Assembly (NCBI GenBank): GCA_032718475.1
Contig: JAUCBJ010005946.1
Coordinates: 1 to 64,000 of the forward strand
Source of the DNA: Nemertoderma westbladi
Taxonomy: Eukaryota; Animalia; Xenacoelomorpha
Length of the DNA stretch: 64,000 nt
Direction: 5' to 3'
The position numbers and the translations under genes were made by a program. This document shows, in pieces, positions 24,734 through 40,716 of this stretch (position 1 is the stretch's first letter; each line of letters opens with the position of its first letter). The notes under the pieces are model-generated. The model worked only from the letters and a program-made list of their open reading frames with translations, had not been told where the DNA came from and made no database searches.

Positions 24734-27700
24734 GTAGGTTATACCTGTTACATTACTTGGTTCATGATGTTAGATAGGTAGGTTGTACTTGTTACATTAC
24801 TTGGTTCATGATGTTAGATAGGTAGGTTATACTTGTTACATTACTTGGTTCATGATGTTAGATACGTAGGTTATACTTGTTACATTACTTGGTTCATGAT
24901 GTTAGATAGGTAGGTTATACTTGTTACATTACTTGGTTCATGGTGTTAGATAGGTAGGTTATACTTGTTACATTACTTGGTTCATGGTGTTAGATAGGTA
25001 GGTTATACTTGTTACATTACTTGGTTCTTTGTGTTAGATAGGTAGGTTATACCTGTTACATAACTTGGTTCATGATGTTAGATTGGTAGGTTATACTTGT
25101 TACATTACTTGGTTCATGATGTTCGATATGTAGGTTATACTTGTTACATTACTTGGTTCATGATGTTAGATAGGTAGGTTATATTTGTTACATTACTTGG
25201 TTCATGATGTTCGATATGTAGGTTATACTTGCTACATTACTTGGTTCATGGTGTTAGATAGGTAGGTTATACTTGTTACATTACTTGGTTCATGATGTTA
25301 GATAGGTAGGTTATACTTGTTACATTACTTGGTTCATGGTGTTAGATAGGTAGGTTATACTTGTTACATTACTTGGTTCATGATGTTCGATATGTAGGTT
25401 ATACTTGTTACATTACTTGGTTCATGATGTTAGATAGGTATGTTATACTTGTTACATTACTTGGTTCATGATGTTAGATAGGTAGGTTATACTTGTTACA
25501 TTACTTGGTTCATGATGTTAGATAGGTATGTTATACTTGTTACATTACTTGGTTCATGATGTTAGATTGGTAGGTTATACCTGTTACATAACTTGGTTCA
25601 TGATGTTAGATTGGTAGGTTATACTTGTTACATTACTTGGTTCATGATGTTAGATAGGTATGTTATACTTGTTACATTACTTGGTTCATGATGTTAGATA
25701 GGTAGGTTATACTTGTTACATTACTTGGTTCATGATGTTCGATATGTAGGTTATACTTGCTACATTACTTGGTTCATGGTGTTAGATAGGTAGGTTATAT
25801 TTGTTACATTACTTGGTTCATGATGTTAGATTGGTAGGTTATACCTGTTACATAACTTGGTTCATGATGTTAGATTGGTAGGTTATACTTGTTACATTAC
25901 TTGGTTCATGATGTTAGATAGGTATGTTATACTTGCTACATTACTTGGTTCATGGTGTTAGATAGGTAGGTTATACCTGTTACATAACTTGGTTCATGAT
26001 GTTAGATTGGTAGGTTATACTTGTTACATTACTTGGTTCATGATGTTAGATAGGTAGGTTATACCTGTTACATTACTTGGTTCATGATGTTAGATAGGTA
26101 GGTTATATTTGTTACATTACTTGGTTCATGATGTTAGATTGGTAGGTTATACTTGTTACATTACTTGGTTCATGATGTTCGATATGTAGGTTATACTTGC
26201 TACATTACTTGGTTCATGATGTTAGATAGGTAGGTTATATTTGTTACATTACTTGGTTCATGATGTTAGATTGGTAGGTTATACTTGTTACATTACTTGG
26301 TTCATGATGTTCGATATGTAGGTTATACTTGCTACATTACTTGGTTCATGATGTTAGATAGGTAGGTTATACTTGTTACATTACTTGGTTCATGATGTTC
26401 GATATGTAGGTTATACTTGCTACATTACTTGGTTCATGGTGTTAGATAGGTAGGTTATATTTGTTACATTACTTGGTTCATGATGTTAGATTGGTAGGTT
26501 ATACTTGTTACATTACTTGGTTCATGATGTTCGATATGTAGGTTATACTTGCTACATTACTTGGTTCATGGTGTTAGATAGGTAGGTTATACCTGTTACA
26601 TTACTTGGTTCATGATGTTAGATAAGTAGGTTATACTTGTTACATTGCTTGGTTCATGATGTTTGACAGATATATTATACTTGTTACATTACTTGGTTCA
26701 TGATGTTAGATAGGTAGGTTATACTTGTTACGTTACTTGGTTCATGATGTTAGATAAGTAGGTTATACTTGTTACATTGCTTGGTTCATGATGTTTGACA
26801 GATATATTATACTTGTTACATTACTTGGTTCATGATGTTAGATAGGTATGCTATACTTGTTACATTACTTGGTTCATGATGTTAGATAGGTAGGTTATAC
26901 TTGTTACATTACTTGGTTCATGATGTTAGATAGGTAGGTTATACTTGTTACGTTACTTGGTTCATGGTGTTAGATAGGTAGGTTATACCTGTTACATTAC
27001 TTGGTTCATGATGTTAGATAAGTAGGTTATACTTGTTACATTGCTTGGTTCATGATGTTTGACAGATATATTATACTTGTTACATTACTTGGTTCATGAT
27101 GTTAGATAGGTAGGTTATACCTGTTACATTACTTGGTTCATGATGTTAGATAAGTAGGTTATACTTGTTACATTGCTTGGTTCATGATGTTTGACAGATA
27201 TATTATACTTGTTACATTACTTGGTTCATGATGTTAGATAGGTAGGTTATACTTGTTACGTTACTTGGTTCATGATGTGAAATAGGTAGGTTATACCTGT
27301 TACATAACTTGGTTCATGATGTTAGATAGGTATGTTATACTTGTTACATTACTTGGTTCATGATGTTAGATAGGTATGCTATACTTGTTACATTACTTGG
27401 TTCATGATGTTAGATAGGTAGGTTATACCTGTTACATTACTTGGTTCATGATGTTAGATAGGTTAAGTTTATACCTGTTACATTACTTGGTTCATGGTGT
27501 TAGATAGGTAGGATATACTTGTTACAATACTTGGTTCATGGTGTTAGATATGTAGGTTATACCTGTTACATTACTTGGTTCATGATGTTAGATAGGTAGG
27601 TTATATTTGTTACATTACTTGGTTCATGATGTTAGATAAGTAGGTTATACTTGTTACATTGCTTGGTTCATGATGTTTGACAGATATATTATACTTGTTA

Positions 27701-30700
27701 CATTACTTGGTTCATGATGTTAGATAGGTAGGTTATACCTGTTACATTACTTGGTTCATGATGTTAGATAAGTAGGTTATACTTGTTACATTGCTTGGTT
27801 CATGATGTTTGACAGATATATTATACTTGTTACATTACTTGGTTCATGGTGTTAGATAGGTAGGTTATACCTGTTACATTACTTGGTTCATGATGTTAGA
27901 TAAGTAGGTTATACATGTTACATTGCTTGGTTCATGATGTTTGACAGATATATTATACTTGTTACATTACTTGGTTCATGATGTTAGATAGGTAGGTTAT
28001 ACTTGTTACGTTACTTGGTTCATGATGTGAAATAGGTAGGTTATACCTGTTACATAACTTGGTTCATGATGTTAGATAGGATAAGTTTATACCTGTTACA
28101 TTACTTGGTTCATGGTGTTAGATAGGTAGGATATACTTGTTACAATACTTGGTTCATGGTGTTAGATATGTAGGTTATACCTGTTACATCACTTGGTTCA
28201 TGATGTTAGATAGGTAGGTTATACTTGTTACATTACTTGGTTCATGATGTTAGATAGGTATGTTATACTTGTTACATTACTTGGTTCATGATGTTAGATA
28301 GGTATGTTATACTTGTTACATTACTTGGTTCATGATGTTAGATAGGTAGGTTATACTTGTTACAATACTTGGTTCATGGTGTTAGATATGTAGGTTATAC
28401 CTGTTACATTACTTGGTTCATGATGTTAGATAGGTAGGTTATACTTGTTACATTACTTGGTTCATGATGTTAGATAGGTAGGTTATACTTGTTACATTAC
28501 TTGGTTCATGATGTTAGATAGGTATGTTATACTTGTTACATTACTTGGTTCATGATGTTAGATAGGTATGTTATACTTGTTACATTACTTGGTTCATGAT
28601 GTTAGATAGGTATGCTATACTTGTTACATTACTTGGTTCATGATGTTAGATAGGTATGCTATACTTGTTACATTACTTGGTTCATGATGTTAGATAGGTA
28701 TGTTATACTTGTTACATTACTTGGTTCATGATGTTAGATAGGTATGTTATACTTGTTACATTACTTGGTTCATGATGTTAGATAGGTAGGTTATACTTGT
28801 TACGTTACTTGGTTCATGATGTGAAATAGGTAGGTTATACCTGTTACATAACTTGGTTCATGATGTTAGATAGGTTAAGTTTATACCTGTTACATTACTT
28901 GGTTCATGGTGTTTGATAGGTAGGTTATACTTGTTACAATACTTGGTTCATGGTGTTAGATATGTAAGTTATACCTGTTACATTACTTGGTTCATGATGT
29001 TAGATAGGTAGGTTATACTTGTTACGTTACTTGGTTCATGATGTTAGATAGGTAGGTTATACCTGTTACATTACTTGGTTCATGATGTTAGATAGGTAGG
29101 TTATACTTGTTACGTTACTTGGTTCATGATGTGAAATAGGTAGGTTATACCTGTTACATAACTTGGTTCATGATGTTAGATAGGTTAAGTTTATACCTGT
29201 TCCATTACTTGGTTCATGGTGTTAGATAGGTAGGTTATACTTGTTACAATACTTGGTTCATGGTGTTAGATATGTAGGTTATACCTGTTACATTACTTGG
29301 TTCATGATGTTAGATAGGTAGGTTATACTTGTTACATTACTTGGTTCATGATGTTAGATAGGTATGTTATACTTGTTACATTACTTGGTTCATGATGTTA
29401 GATAGGTATGTTATACTTGTTACATTACTTGGTTCATGATGTTAGATAGGTATGCTATACTTGTTACATTACTTGGTTCATGATGTTAGATAGGTAGGTT
29501 ATACTTGTTACATTACTTGGTTCATGATGTTAGATAGGTATGTTATACTTGTTACAATACTTGGTTCATGATGTTAGATAGGTATGTTATACTTGTTACA
29601 TTACTTGGTTCATGATGTTAGATAGGTATGTTATACTTGTTACATTACTTGGTTCATGATGTTAGATAGGTATGCTATACTTGTTACATTACTTGGTTCA
29701 TGATGTTAGATATGTAGGTTATACCTGTTACATTACTTGGTTCATGATGTTAGATAGGTAGGTTATACTTGTTACATTACTTGGTTCATGATGTTAGATA
29801 GGTATGTTATACTTGTTACATTACTTGGTTCATGATGTTAGATAGGTATGTTATACTTGTTACATTACTTGGTTCATGATGTTAGATAGGTATGCTATAC
29901 TTGTTACATTACTTGGTTCATGATGTTAGATAGGTAGGTTATACTTGTTACATTACTTGGTTCATGATGTTAGATAGGTTAAGTTTATACCTGTTCCATT
30001 ACTTGGTTCATGGTGTTAGATAGGTAGGTTATACTTGTTACAATACTTGGTTCATGGTGTTAGATATGTAGGTTATACCTGTTACATTACTTGGTTCATG
30101 ATGTTAGATAGGTATGTTATACTTGTTACATTACTTGGTTCATGATGTTAGATAGGTATGCTATACTTGTTACATTACTTGGTTCATGATGTTAGATAGG
30201 TAGGTTATACTTGTTACATTACTTGGTTCATGATGTTAGATAGGTATGTTATACTTGTTACATTACTTGGTTCATGATGTTAGATAGGTATGTTATACTT
30301 GTTACATTACTTGGTTCATGATGTTAGATAGGTATGCTATACTTGTTACATTACTTGGTTCATGATGTTAGATAGGTAGGTTATACTTGTTACATTACTT
30401 GGTTCATGATGTTAGATAGGTATGTTATACTTGTTACATTACTTGGTTCATGATGTTAGATAGGTATGTTATACTTGTTACATTACTTGGTTCATGATGT
30501 TAGATAGGTATGCTATACTTGTTACATTACTTGGTTCATGATGTTAGATAGGTAGGTTTTACTTGTTATATTACTTGGTTCATGATGTTAGATAGGTAGG
30601 TTATACTTGTTACAATACTTGGTTCATGGTGTTAGATATGTAGGTTATACCTGTTACATTACTTGGTTCATGATGTTAGATAGGTAGCTTATACTTGTTA

Positions 30701-33700
30701 CATTACTTGGTTCATGATGTTAGATAGGTATGTTATACTTGTTACATTACTTGGTTCATGATGTTAGATAGGTATGTTATACTTGTTACATTACTTGGTT
30801 CATGATGTTAGATAGGTATGCTATACTTGTTACATTACTTGGTTCATGATGTTAGATAGGTAGGTTATACTTGTTAAATTACTTGGTTCATGATGTTAGA
30901 TAGGTATGTTATACTTGTTACATTACTTGGTTCATGGTGTTAGATAGGTATGTTATACTTGTTACATAACTTGGTTTATGATGTTAGATAGGTATGTTAT
31001 ACTTGTTACATTACTTGGTTCATGATGTTAGATAGGTAGGTTATACTTGTTACATTACTTGGTTCATGATGTTAGATAGGCATGTTATACTTGTTATATA
31101 ACTTGGTTCATGATGTTAGATAGGTATGTTATACTTTTTACATTACTCTGTTCATGATTTTAGATAGGTAGGTTATACTTGTTACATTACTTGGCTTATG
31201 ATGTTCGATTAAGGCAGGTTATACTTGTTATATTACTTGGTTCATGGTGTTAGATAGGTAGGTTATACCTGTTACATTACTCTGTTCATGATTTTAGATA
31301 GGTAGGTTATACTTGTTACATTACTTGGTTTATGATGTTCGATTAAGGCAGGTTATACTTGTTACATTACTTGGTTCATGATGTTAGATAGGTATGTTAT
31401 ACTTGTTACATAACTTGGTTCATGATGTTAGATAGGTATGTTATACTTGTTACATTACTTGGTTCATGATGTTAGATAGGTATGTTATACTTGTTACATT
31501 ACTTGGTTCATGATGTTAGATAGGTATGTTATACTTGTTACATTACTTGGTTCATGATGTTAGATAGGTATGCTATACTTGTTACATTACTTGGTTCATG
31601 ATGTTAGATAGGTATGCTATACTTGTTACATTACTTGGTTCATGATGTTAGATAGGTATGTTATACTTGTTACATTACTTGGTTCATGATGTTAGATAGG
31701 TATGTTATACTTGTTACATTACTTGGTTCATGATGTTAGATAGGTAGGTTATACTTGTTACGTTACTTGGTTCATGATGTGAAATAGGTAGGTTATACCT
31801 GTTACATAACTTGGTTCATGATGTTAGATAAGTAGGTTATACTTGTTACATTGCTTGGTTCATGATGTTAGACAGATATATTATACTTGTTACATTACTT
31901 GGTTCATGATGTTAGATAGGTAGGTTATACTTGTTACGTTACTTGGTTCATGATGTGAAATAGGTAGGTTATACCTGTTACATAACTTGGTTCATGATGT
32001 TAGATAGGTTAAGTTTATACCTGTTACATTACTTGGTTCATGGTGTTTGATAGGTAGGTTATACTTGTTACAATACTTGGTTCATGGTGTTAGATATGTA
32101 AGTTATACCTGTTACATTACTTGGTTCATGATGTTAGATAGGTAGGTTATACTTGTTACGTTACTTGGTTCATGATGTTAGATAGGTAGGTTATACCTGT
32201 TACATTACTTGGTTCATGATGTTAGATAGGTAGGTTATACTTGTTACGTTACTTGGTTCATGATGTGAAATAGGTAGGTTATACCTGTTACATAACTTGG
32301 TTCATGATGTTAGATAGGTTAAGTTTATACCTGTTCCATTACTTGGTTCATGGTGTTAGATAGGTAGGTTATACTTGTTACAATACTTGGTTCATGGTGT
32401 TAGATATGTAGGTTATACCTGTTACATTACTTGGTTCATGATGTTAGATAGGTAGGTTATACTTGTTACATTACTTGGTTCATGATGTTAGATAGGTATG
32501 TTATACTTGTTACATTACTTGGTTCATGATGTTAGATAGGTATGTTATACTTGTTACATTACTTGGTTCATGATGTTAGATAGGTATGCTATACTTGTTA
32601 CATTACTTGGTTCATGATGTTAGATAGGTAGGTTATACTTGTTACATTACTTGGTTCATGATGTTAGATAGGTATGTTATACTTGTTACAATACTTGGTT
32701 CATGATGTTAGATAGGTATGTTATACTTGTTACATTACTTGGTTCATGATGTTAGATAGGTATGTTATACTTGTTACATTACTTGGTTCATGATGTTAGA
32801 TAGGTATGCTATACTTGTTACATTACTTGGTTCATGATGTTAGATATGTAGGTTATACCTGTTACATTACTTGGTTCATGATGTTAGATAGGTAGGTTAT
32901 ACTTGTTACATTACTTGGTTCATGATGTTAGATAGGTATGTTATACTTGTTACATTACTTGGTTCATGATGTTAGATAGGTATGTTATACTTGTTACATT
33001 ACTTGGTTCATGATGTTAGATAGGTATGCTATACTTGTTACATTACTTGGTTCATGATGTTAGATAGGTAGGTTATACTTGTTACATTACTTGGTTCATG
33101 ATGTTAGATAGGTATGTTATACTTGTTACATTACTTGGTTCATGATGTTAGATAGGTATGTTATACTTGTTACATTACTTGGTTCATGATGTTAGATAGG
33201 TATGCTATACTTGTTACATTACTTGGTTCATGATGTTAGATAGGTAGGTTATACTTGTTACAATACTTGGTTCATGGTGTTAGATATGTAGGTTATACCT
33301 GTTACATTACTTGGTTCATGATGTTAGATAGGTAGGTTATACTTGTTACATTACTTGGTTCATGATGTTAGATAGGTATGTTATACTTGTTACATTACTT
33401 GGTTCATGATGTTAGATAGGTATGTTATACTTGTTACATTACTTGGTTCATGATGTTAGATAGGTATGCTATACTTGTTACATTACTTGGTTCATGATGT
33501 TAGATAGGTAGGTTTTACTTGTTATATTACTTGGTTCATGATGTTAGATAGGTAGGTTATACTTGTTACAATACTTGGTTCATGGTGTTAGATATGTAGG
33601 TTATACCTGTTACATTACTTGGTTCATGATGTTAGATAGGTAGCTTATACTTGTTACATTACTTGGTTCATGATGTTAGATAGGTATGTTATACTTGTTA

Positions 33701-36700
33701 CATTACTTGGTTCATGATGTTAGATAGGTATGTTATACTTGTTACATTACTTGGTTCATGATGTTAGATAGGTATGCTATACTTGTTACATTACTTGGTT
33801 CATGATGTTAGATAGGTAGGTTATACTTGTTACATTACTTGGTTCATGATGTTAGATAGGTATGTTATACTTGTTACAATACTTGGTTCATGATGTTAGA
33901 TAGGTATGTTATACTTGTTACATTACTTGGTTCATGATGTTAGATAGGTATGTTATACTTGTTACATTACTTGGTTCATGATGTTAGATAGGTATGCTAT
34001 ACTTGTTACATTACTTGGTTCATGATGTTAGATATGTAGGTTATACCTGTTACATTACTTGGTTCATGATGTTAGATAGGTAGGTTATACTTGTTACATT
34101 ACTTGGTTCATGATGTTAGATAGGTATGTTATACTTGTTACATTACTTGGTTCATGATGTTAGATAGGTATGTTATACTTGTTACATTACTTGGTTCATG
34201 ATGTTAGATAGGTATGCTATACTTGTTACATTACTTGGTTCATGATGTTAGATAGGTAGGTTATACTTGTTACATTACTTGGTTCATGATGTTAGATAGG
34301 TATGTTATACTTGTTACATTACTTGGTTCATGATGTTAGATAGGTATGTTATACTTGTTACATTACTTGGTTCATGATGTTAGATAGGTATGCTATACTT
34401 GTTACATTACTTGGTTCATGATGTTAGATAGGTAGGTTATACTTGTTACATTACTTGGTTCATGATGTTAGATAGGTATGTTATACTTGTTACATTACTT
34501 GGTTCATGATGTTAGATAGGTATGTTATACTTGTTACATTACTTGGTTCATGATGTTAGATAGGTATGCTATACTTGTTACATTACTTGGTTCATGATGT
34601 TAGATAGGTAGGTTTTACTTGTTATATTACTTGGTTCATGATGTTAGATAGGTAGGTTATACTTGTTACAATACTTGGTTCATGGTGTTAGATATGTAGG
34701 TTATACCTGTTACATTACTTGGTTCATGATGTTAGATAGGTAGCTTATACTTGTTACATTACTTGGTTCATGATGTTAGATAGGTATGTTATACTTGTTA
34801 CATTACTTGGTTCATGATGTTAGATAGGTATGTTATACTTGTTACATTACTTGGTTCATGATGTTAGATAGGTATGCTATACTTGTTACATTACTTGGTT
34901 CATGATGTTAGATAGGTAGGTTATACTTGTTAAATTACTTGGTTCATGATGTTAGATAGGTATGTTATACTTGTTACATTACTTGGTTCATGGTGTTAGA
35001 TAGGTATGTTATACTTGTTACATAACTTGGTTTATGATGTTAGATAGGTATGTTATACTTGTTACATTACTTGGTTCATGATGTTAGATAGGTAGGTTAT
35101 ACTTGTTACATTACTTGGTTCATGATGTTAGATAGGCATGTTATACTTGTTATATAACTTGGTTCATGATGTTAGATAGGTATGTTATACTTTTTACATT
35201 ACTCTGTTCATGATTTTAGATAGGTAGGTTATACTTGTTACATTACTTGGCTTATGATGTTCGATTAAGGCAGGTTATACTTGTTATATTACTTGGTTCA
35301 TGGTGTTAGATAGGTAGGTTATACCTGTTACATTACTCTGTTCATGATTTTAGATAGGTAGGTTATACTTGTTACATTACTTGGTTTATGATGTTCGATT
35401 AAGGCAGGTTATACTTGTTACATTACTTGGTTCATGATGTTAGATAGGTATGTTATACTTGTTACATAACTTGGTTCATGATGTTAGATAGGTATGTTAT
35501 ACTTGTTACATTACTTGGTTCATGATGTTAGATAGGTATGTTATACTTGTTACATTACTTGGTTCATGATGTTAGATAGGTATGTTATACTTGTTACATT
35601 ACTTGGTTCATGATGTTAGATAGGTATGCTATACTTGTTACATTACTTGGTTCATGATGTTAGATAGGTATGCTATACTTGTTACATTACTTGGTTCATG
35701 ATGTTAGATAGGTATGTTATACTTGTTACATTACTTGGTTCATGATGTTAGATAGGTATGTTATACTTGTTACATTACTTGGTTCATGATGTTAGATAGG
35801 TAGGTTATACTTGTTACGTTACTTGGTTCATGATGTGAAATAGGTAGGTTATACCTGTTACATAACTTGGTTCATGATGTTAGATAAGTAGGTTATACTT
35901 GTTACATTGCTTGGTTCATGATGTTAGACAGATATATTATACTTGTTACATTACTTGGTTCATGATGTTAGATAGGTAGGTTATACTTGTTACGTTACTT
36001 GGTTCATGATGTGAAATAGGTAGGTTATACCTGTTACATAACTTGGTTCATGATGTTAGATAAGTAGGTTATACTTGTTACATTGCTTGGTTCATGATGT
36101 TAGACAGATATATTATACTTGTTACATTACTTGGTTCATGATGTTAGATAGGTAGGTTATACTTGTTACGTTACTTGGTTCATGATGTTAGATAGGTAGG
36201 TTATACTTGTTACGTTACTTGGTTCATGATGTTAGATAGGTAGGTTATACCTGTTACATTACTTGGTTCATGATGTTAGATAGGTAGGTTATACTTGTTA
36301 CGTTACTTGGTTCATGATGTGAAATAGGTAGGTTATACCTGTTACATAACTTGGTTCATGATGTTAGATAGGTTAAGTTTATACCTGTTCCATTACTTGG
36401 TTCATGGTGTTAGATAGGTAGGTTATACTTGTTACAATACTTGGTTCATGGTGTTAGATATGTAGGTTATACCTGTTACATTACTTGGTTCATGATGTTA
36501 GATAGGTAGGTTATACTTGTTACATTACTTGGTTCATGATGTTAGATAGGTATGTTATACTTGTTACATTACTTGGTTCATGATGTTAGATAGGTATGTT
36601 ATACTTGTTACATTACTTGGTTCATGATGTTAGATAGGTATGCTATACTTGTTACATTACTTGGTTCATGATGTTAGATAGGTAGGTTATACTTGTTACA

Positions 36701-39297
36701 TTACTTGGTTCATGATGTTAGATAGGTATGTTATACTTGTTACAATACTTGGTTCATGATGTTAGATAGGTATGTTATACTTGTTACATTACTTGGTTCA
36801 TGATGTTAGATAGGTATGTTATACTTGTTACATTACTTGGTTCATGATGTTAGATAGGTATGCTATACTTGTTACATTACTTGGTTCATGATGTTAGATA
36901 TGTAGGTTATACCTGTTACATTACTTGGTTCATGATGTTAGATAGGTAGGTTATACTTGTTACATTACTTGGTTCATGATGTTAGATAGGTATGTTATAC
37001 TTGTTACATTACTTGGTTCATGATGTTAGATAGGTATGTTATACTTGTTACATTACTTGGTTCATGATGTTAGATAGGTATGCTATACTTGTTACATTAC
37101 TTGGTTCATGATGTTAGATAGGTAGGTTATACTTGTTACATTACTTGGTTCATGATGTTAGATAGGTATGTTATACTTGTTACATTACTTGGTTCATGAT
37201 GTTAGATAGGTATGTTATACTTGTTACATTACTTGGTTCATGATGTTAGATAGGTATGCTATACTTGTTACATTACTTGGTTCATGATGTTAGATAGGTA
37301 GGTTATACTTGTTACAATACTTGGTTCATGGTGTTAGATATGTAGGTTATACCTGTTACATTACTTGGTTCATGATGTTAGATAGGTAGGTTATACTTGT
37401 TACATTACTTGGTTCATGATGTTAGATAGGTATGTTATACTTGTTACATTACTTGGTTCATGATGTTAGATAGGTATGTTATACTTGTTACATTACTTGG
37501 TTCATGATGTTAGATAGGTATGCTATACTTGTTACATTACTTGGTTCATGATGTTAGATAGGTAGGTTTTACTTGTTATATTACTTGGTTCATGATGTTA
37601 GATAGGTAGGTTATACTTGTTACAATACTTGGTTCATGGTGTTAGATATGTAGGTTATACCTGTTACATTACTTGGTTCATGATGTTAGATAGGTAGCTT
37701 ATACTTGTTACATTACTTGGTTCATGATGTTAGATAGGTATGTTATACTTGTTACATTACTTGGTTCATGATGTTAGATAGGTATGTTATACTTGTTACA
37801 TTACTTGGTTCATGATGTTAGATAGGTATGCTATACTTGTTACATTACTTGTTTCATGATGTTAGATAGGTAGGTTATACTTGTTAAATTACTTGGTTCA
37901 TGATGTTAGATAGGTATGTTATACTTGTTACATTACTTGGTTCATGGTGTTAGATAGGTATGTTATACTTGTTACATAACTTGGTTTATGATGTTAGATA
38001 GGTATGTTATACTTGTTACATTACTTGGTTCATGATGTTAGATAGGTAGGTTATACTTGTTACATTACTTGGTTCATGATGTTAGATAGGCATGTTATAC
38101 TTGTTATATAACTTGGTTCATGATGTTAGATAGGTATGTTATACTTTTTACATTACTCTGTTCATGATTTTAGATAGGTAGGTTATACTTGTTACATTAC
38201 TTGGCTTATGATGTTCGATTAAGGCAGGTTATACTTGTTATATTACTTGGTTCATGGTGTTAGATAGGTAGGTTATACCTGTTACATTACTCTGTTCATG
38301 ATTTTAGATAGGTAGGTTATACTTGTTACATTACTCGGTTTATGATGTTCGATTAAGGCAGGTTATACTTGTTACATTACTTGGTTCATGATGTTAGATA
38401 GGTATGTTATACTTGTTACATAACTTGGTTCATGATGTTAGATAGGTAGGTTATACTTGTTACATTACTCTGTTCATGATGTTAGATAGGTAGGTTATAC
38501 TTGTTACATTACTCTGTTCATGATGTTAGATAGGTAGGTTATATTTGTTACATTACTTGGTTCATGATGTTAGATAGGTAGGTTATACTTGTTACATTAC
38601 TTGGTTTATGATGTTCGATTAAGGCAGGTTATACTTGTTATATTACTTGGTTCATGGTGTTAGATAGGTAGGTTATACTTGTTACATTACTCTGTTCATG
38701 ATTTTAGATATGTAGGTTATACTTGTTACATTACTTGGTTTATGATGTTCGATTAAGGCAGGTTATACTTGTTATATTACTTGGTTCATGGTGTTAGATA
38801 GGTAGGTTATACTTGTTACATTACTCTGTTCATGATTTTAGATAGGTAGGTTATACTTGTTACATTACTTGGTTTATGATGTTCGATTAAGGCAGGTTAT
38901 ACTTGTTACATTACTTGGTTCATGATGTTAGATCGGTAGGTTATACTTGTTACATTACTTGGTTCATGACGTTAGATAGGTAGGTTATACTTGTTTCATT
39001 ACTTGGTTCATGGTGTTAGATAGGTTTGTTGTACTTGTTACATTACTTGGTTCATGATGTTAGATAGGTAGGTTATCCCTGTTACATTACTTGGTTAATG
39101 ATGTTAGATAGGTATGTTATACTAGTTACATTACTTGGTTCATGATGTTAGATTATTACTGTTAATTGTTACTGTACCTGTTAATTTACTTCGTTCATAA
39201 TCATAATGTTAAATAGGTAGGTTATACTTGTTACATTTTCACTTGGTTCATGATGTTATTAGGTAAGGTTAGATCATTTACATTACTTGGTTCACAA
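24700..39297 (+). repeat. 44-bp satellite (~330 copies) = last 34 nt of exon B + first 10 nt of intron
   Basis: Unit c(c/t)tgttacattacttggttcatgatgttagatag|gtaggttata; the first unit is the coding exon end. Confidence 0.97.
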
Positions 39298-39342
39298 TGG
39301 TAGGTGGTAGATCTGTTCAATTTTTTTGTGGATTGTTTTCAG

Positions 39343-39458
39343 ACAAGATATCAGAAATGCAATGTATAACTCACATGCGAGACTGGCTATTATGTCGAAA
39401 GATGAAGCATCTAATGATATGCCTGAACATATTAACAGAGCTGATAGTGGTGTTAGAG
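39343..39458 (+). CDS. Metallopeptidase gene, exon C
   Basis: ttttcag|A QDIRNAMYNSHARLAIMSKDEASNDMPEHINRADSGVR g|gtgaag; phases 2/1 fit both neighbours. Confidence 0.88.
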
Positions 39459-40716
39459 GTGAAGTATTAATAGTTATTTTATAGTTAATTGAAGGAAACT
39501 CAAATACAATGTTCTGTTTGAAACTATTTTTAGTATCCAGTTGATTTAGTTATATTAAGATGTATACAAATTGAACCTACCCTCATAGCGATCCTACTGA
39601 AATCTCCTAAGCAAGTTCGACCATACAAATATGCGATGATATCAACCCTCCAGATACCAGCCCCCCCCCCCCCCCCCCCACCCCCCACAAGGCAGATTAA
39701 TACTTACTCATCAGAGGAAAAACTGAACAGCAGGGACGAAGTTTGACATGATCAATTGGTCAATTGAGGTTGCTCCAGATGCTGATGTTGTTAGCATATC
39801 CATTCGCTGCACCACCCAGTAAGAAAATGGGGAACTGTGATTTACGAATCACAACCAAGTATGCAATATCACCCAGAAGTAGTATTGCATACCAGAAGGG
39901 AAAGGGGCAATAATGCCAGCTTGGAGATGACACAAACACATCTCAGGGAGAAGCTGGCATAGGGCCAGGGGAGATAGGGAGTGGCCAAAGAGTAAACCAA
40001 TCAATAGTGGGGTGGCACACCATCAATTAGCGCGCATCTATTGGTAGGTCAAAAAAGTAGGTAGTATGTGTAATCTTCCATGCAATATCTATATAACTGT
40101 TACTCAGTGTTAATTATGATTCAGTTGGCTATTAACCAGTGTAGGAGTCAAACGGTTTTAACCGTCGTTGTTACTGCTGTCATTGTGCAATACTGATCGT
40201 GCTGTTTTACCGGTACTTATATATCAGACAACATTATCAATACGATAAACAAAACTCTGTGTTATTGTTACACCAGCAATCGGCCTTTCAGTCCCTTGAA
40301 TCACACTAGGCGGACACGGACATACGACAAACACCAGTCAGGATCCACTTGCCAACTGGGATCCCATCACAGATGCCGTGTTTCCCTGATGGCATCTGAA
40401 AGAGTTTCCATGCTGTCTTTCCTGGACTATATTCATATCACCACATCTTCAAGTCTCAATGGAAGTATGTGCTCGCACCACCCAAGAGGATTATAACCTA
40501 ATATCTTCAAATTACTCCTTTAGCAGTCCAACAGGGCATCATATAGGCCCCTTGAGACATCCAAAGGATATGTGTATCACCTCAAAAACTTCCATTATTC
40601 GGAAAGTGTATCGAAATCAAATAATAGCCTCGGATCAACCCTAAATCCAAAGTTCTGCCTGTGATCAGTGTCTTAGTATGATCAATTTAAACTGGATTAC
40701 ATTTATAAATATACAG

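Noticed and set aside
24700-39297. CRISPR-like or regularly interspaced array
   Set aside because: Units are contiguous with no unique spacers, no cas genes are present, and the context is a spliceosomal intron.
39590-40670. Possible gene or RT remnant in the peptidase intron
   Set aside because: Only faint RT-like words (YANNISIW, NFGFR) on the minus strand; too decayed to call.
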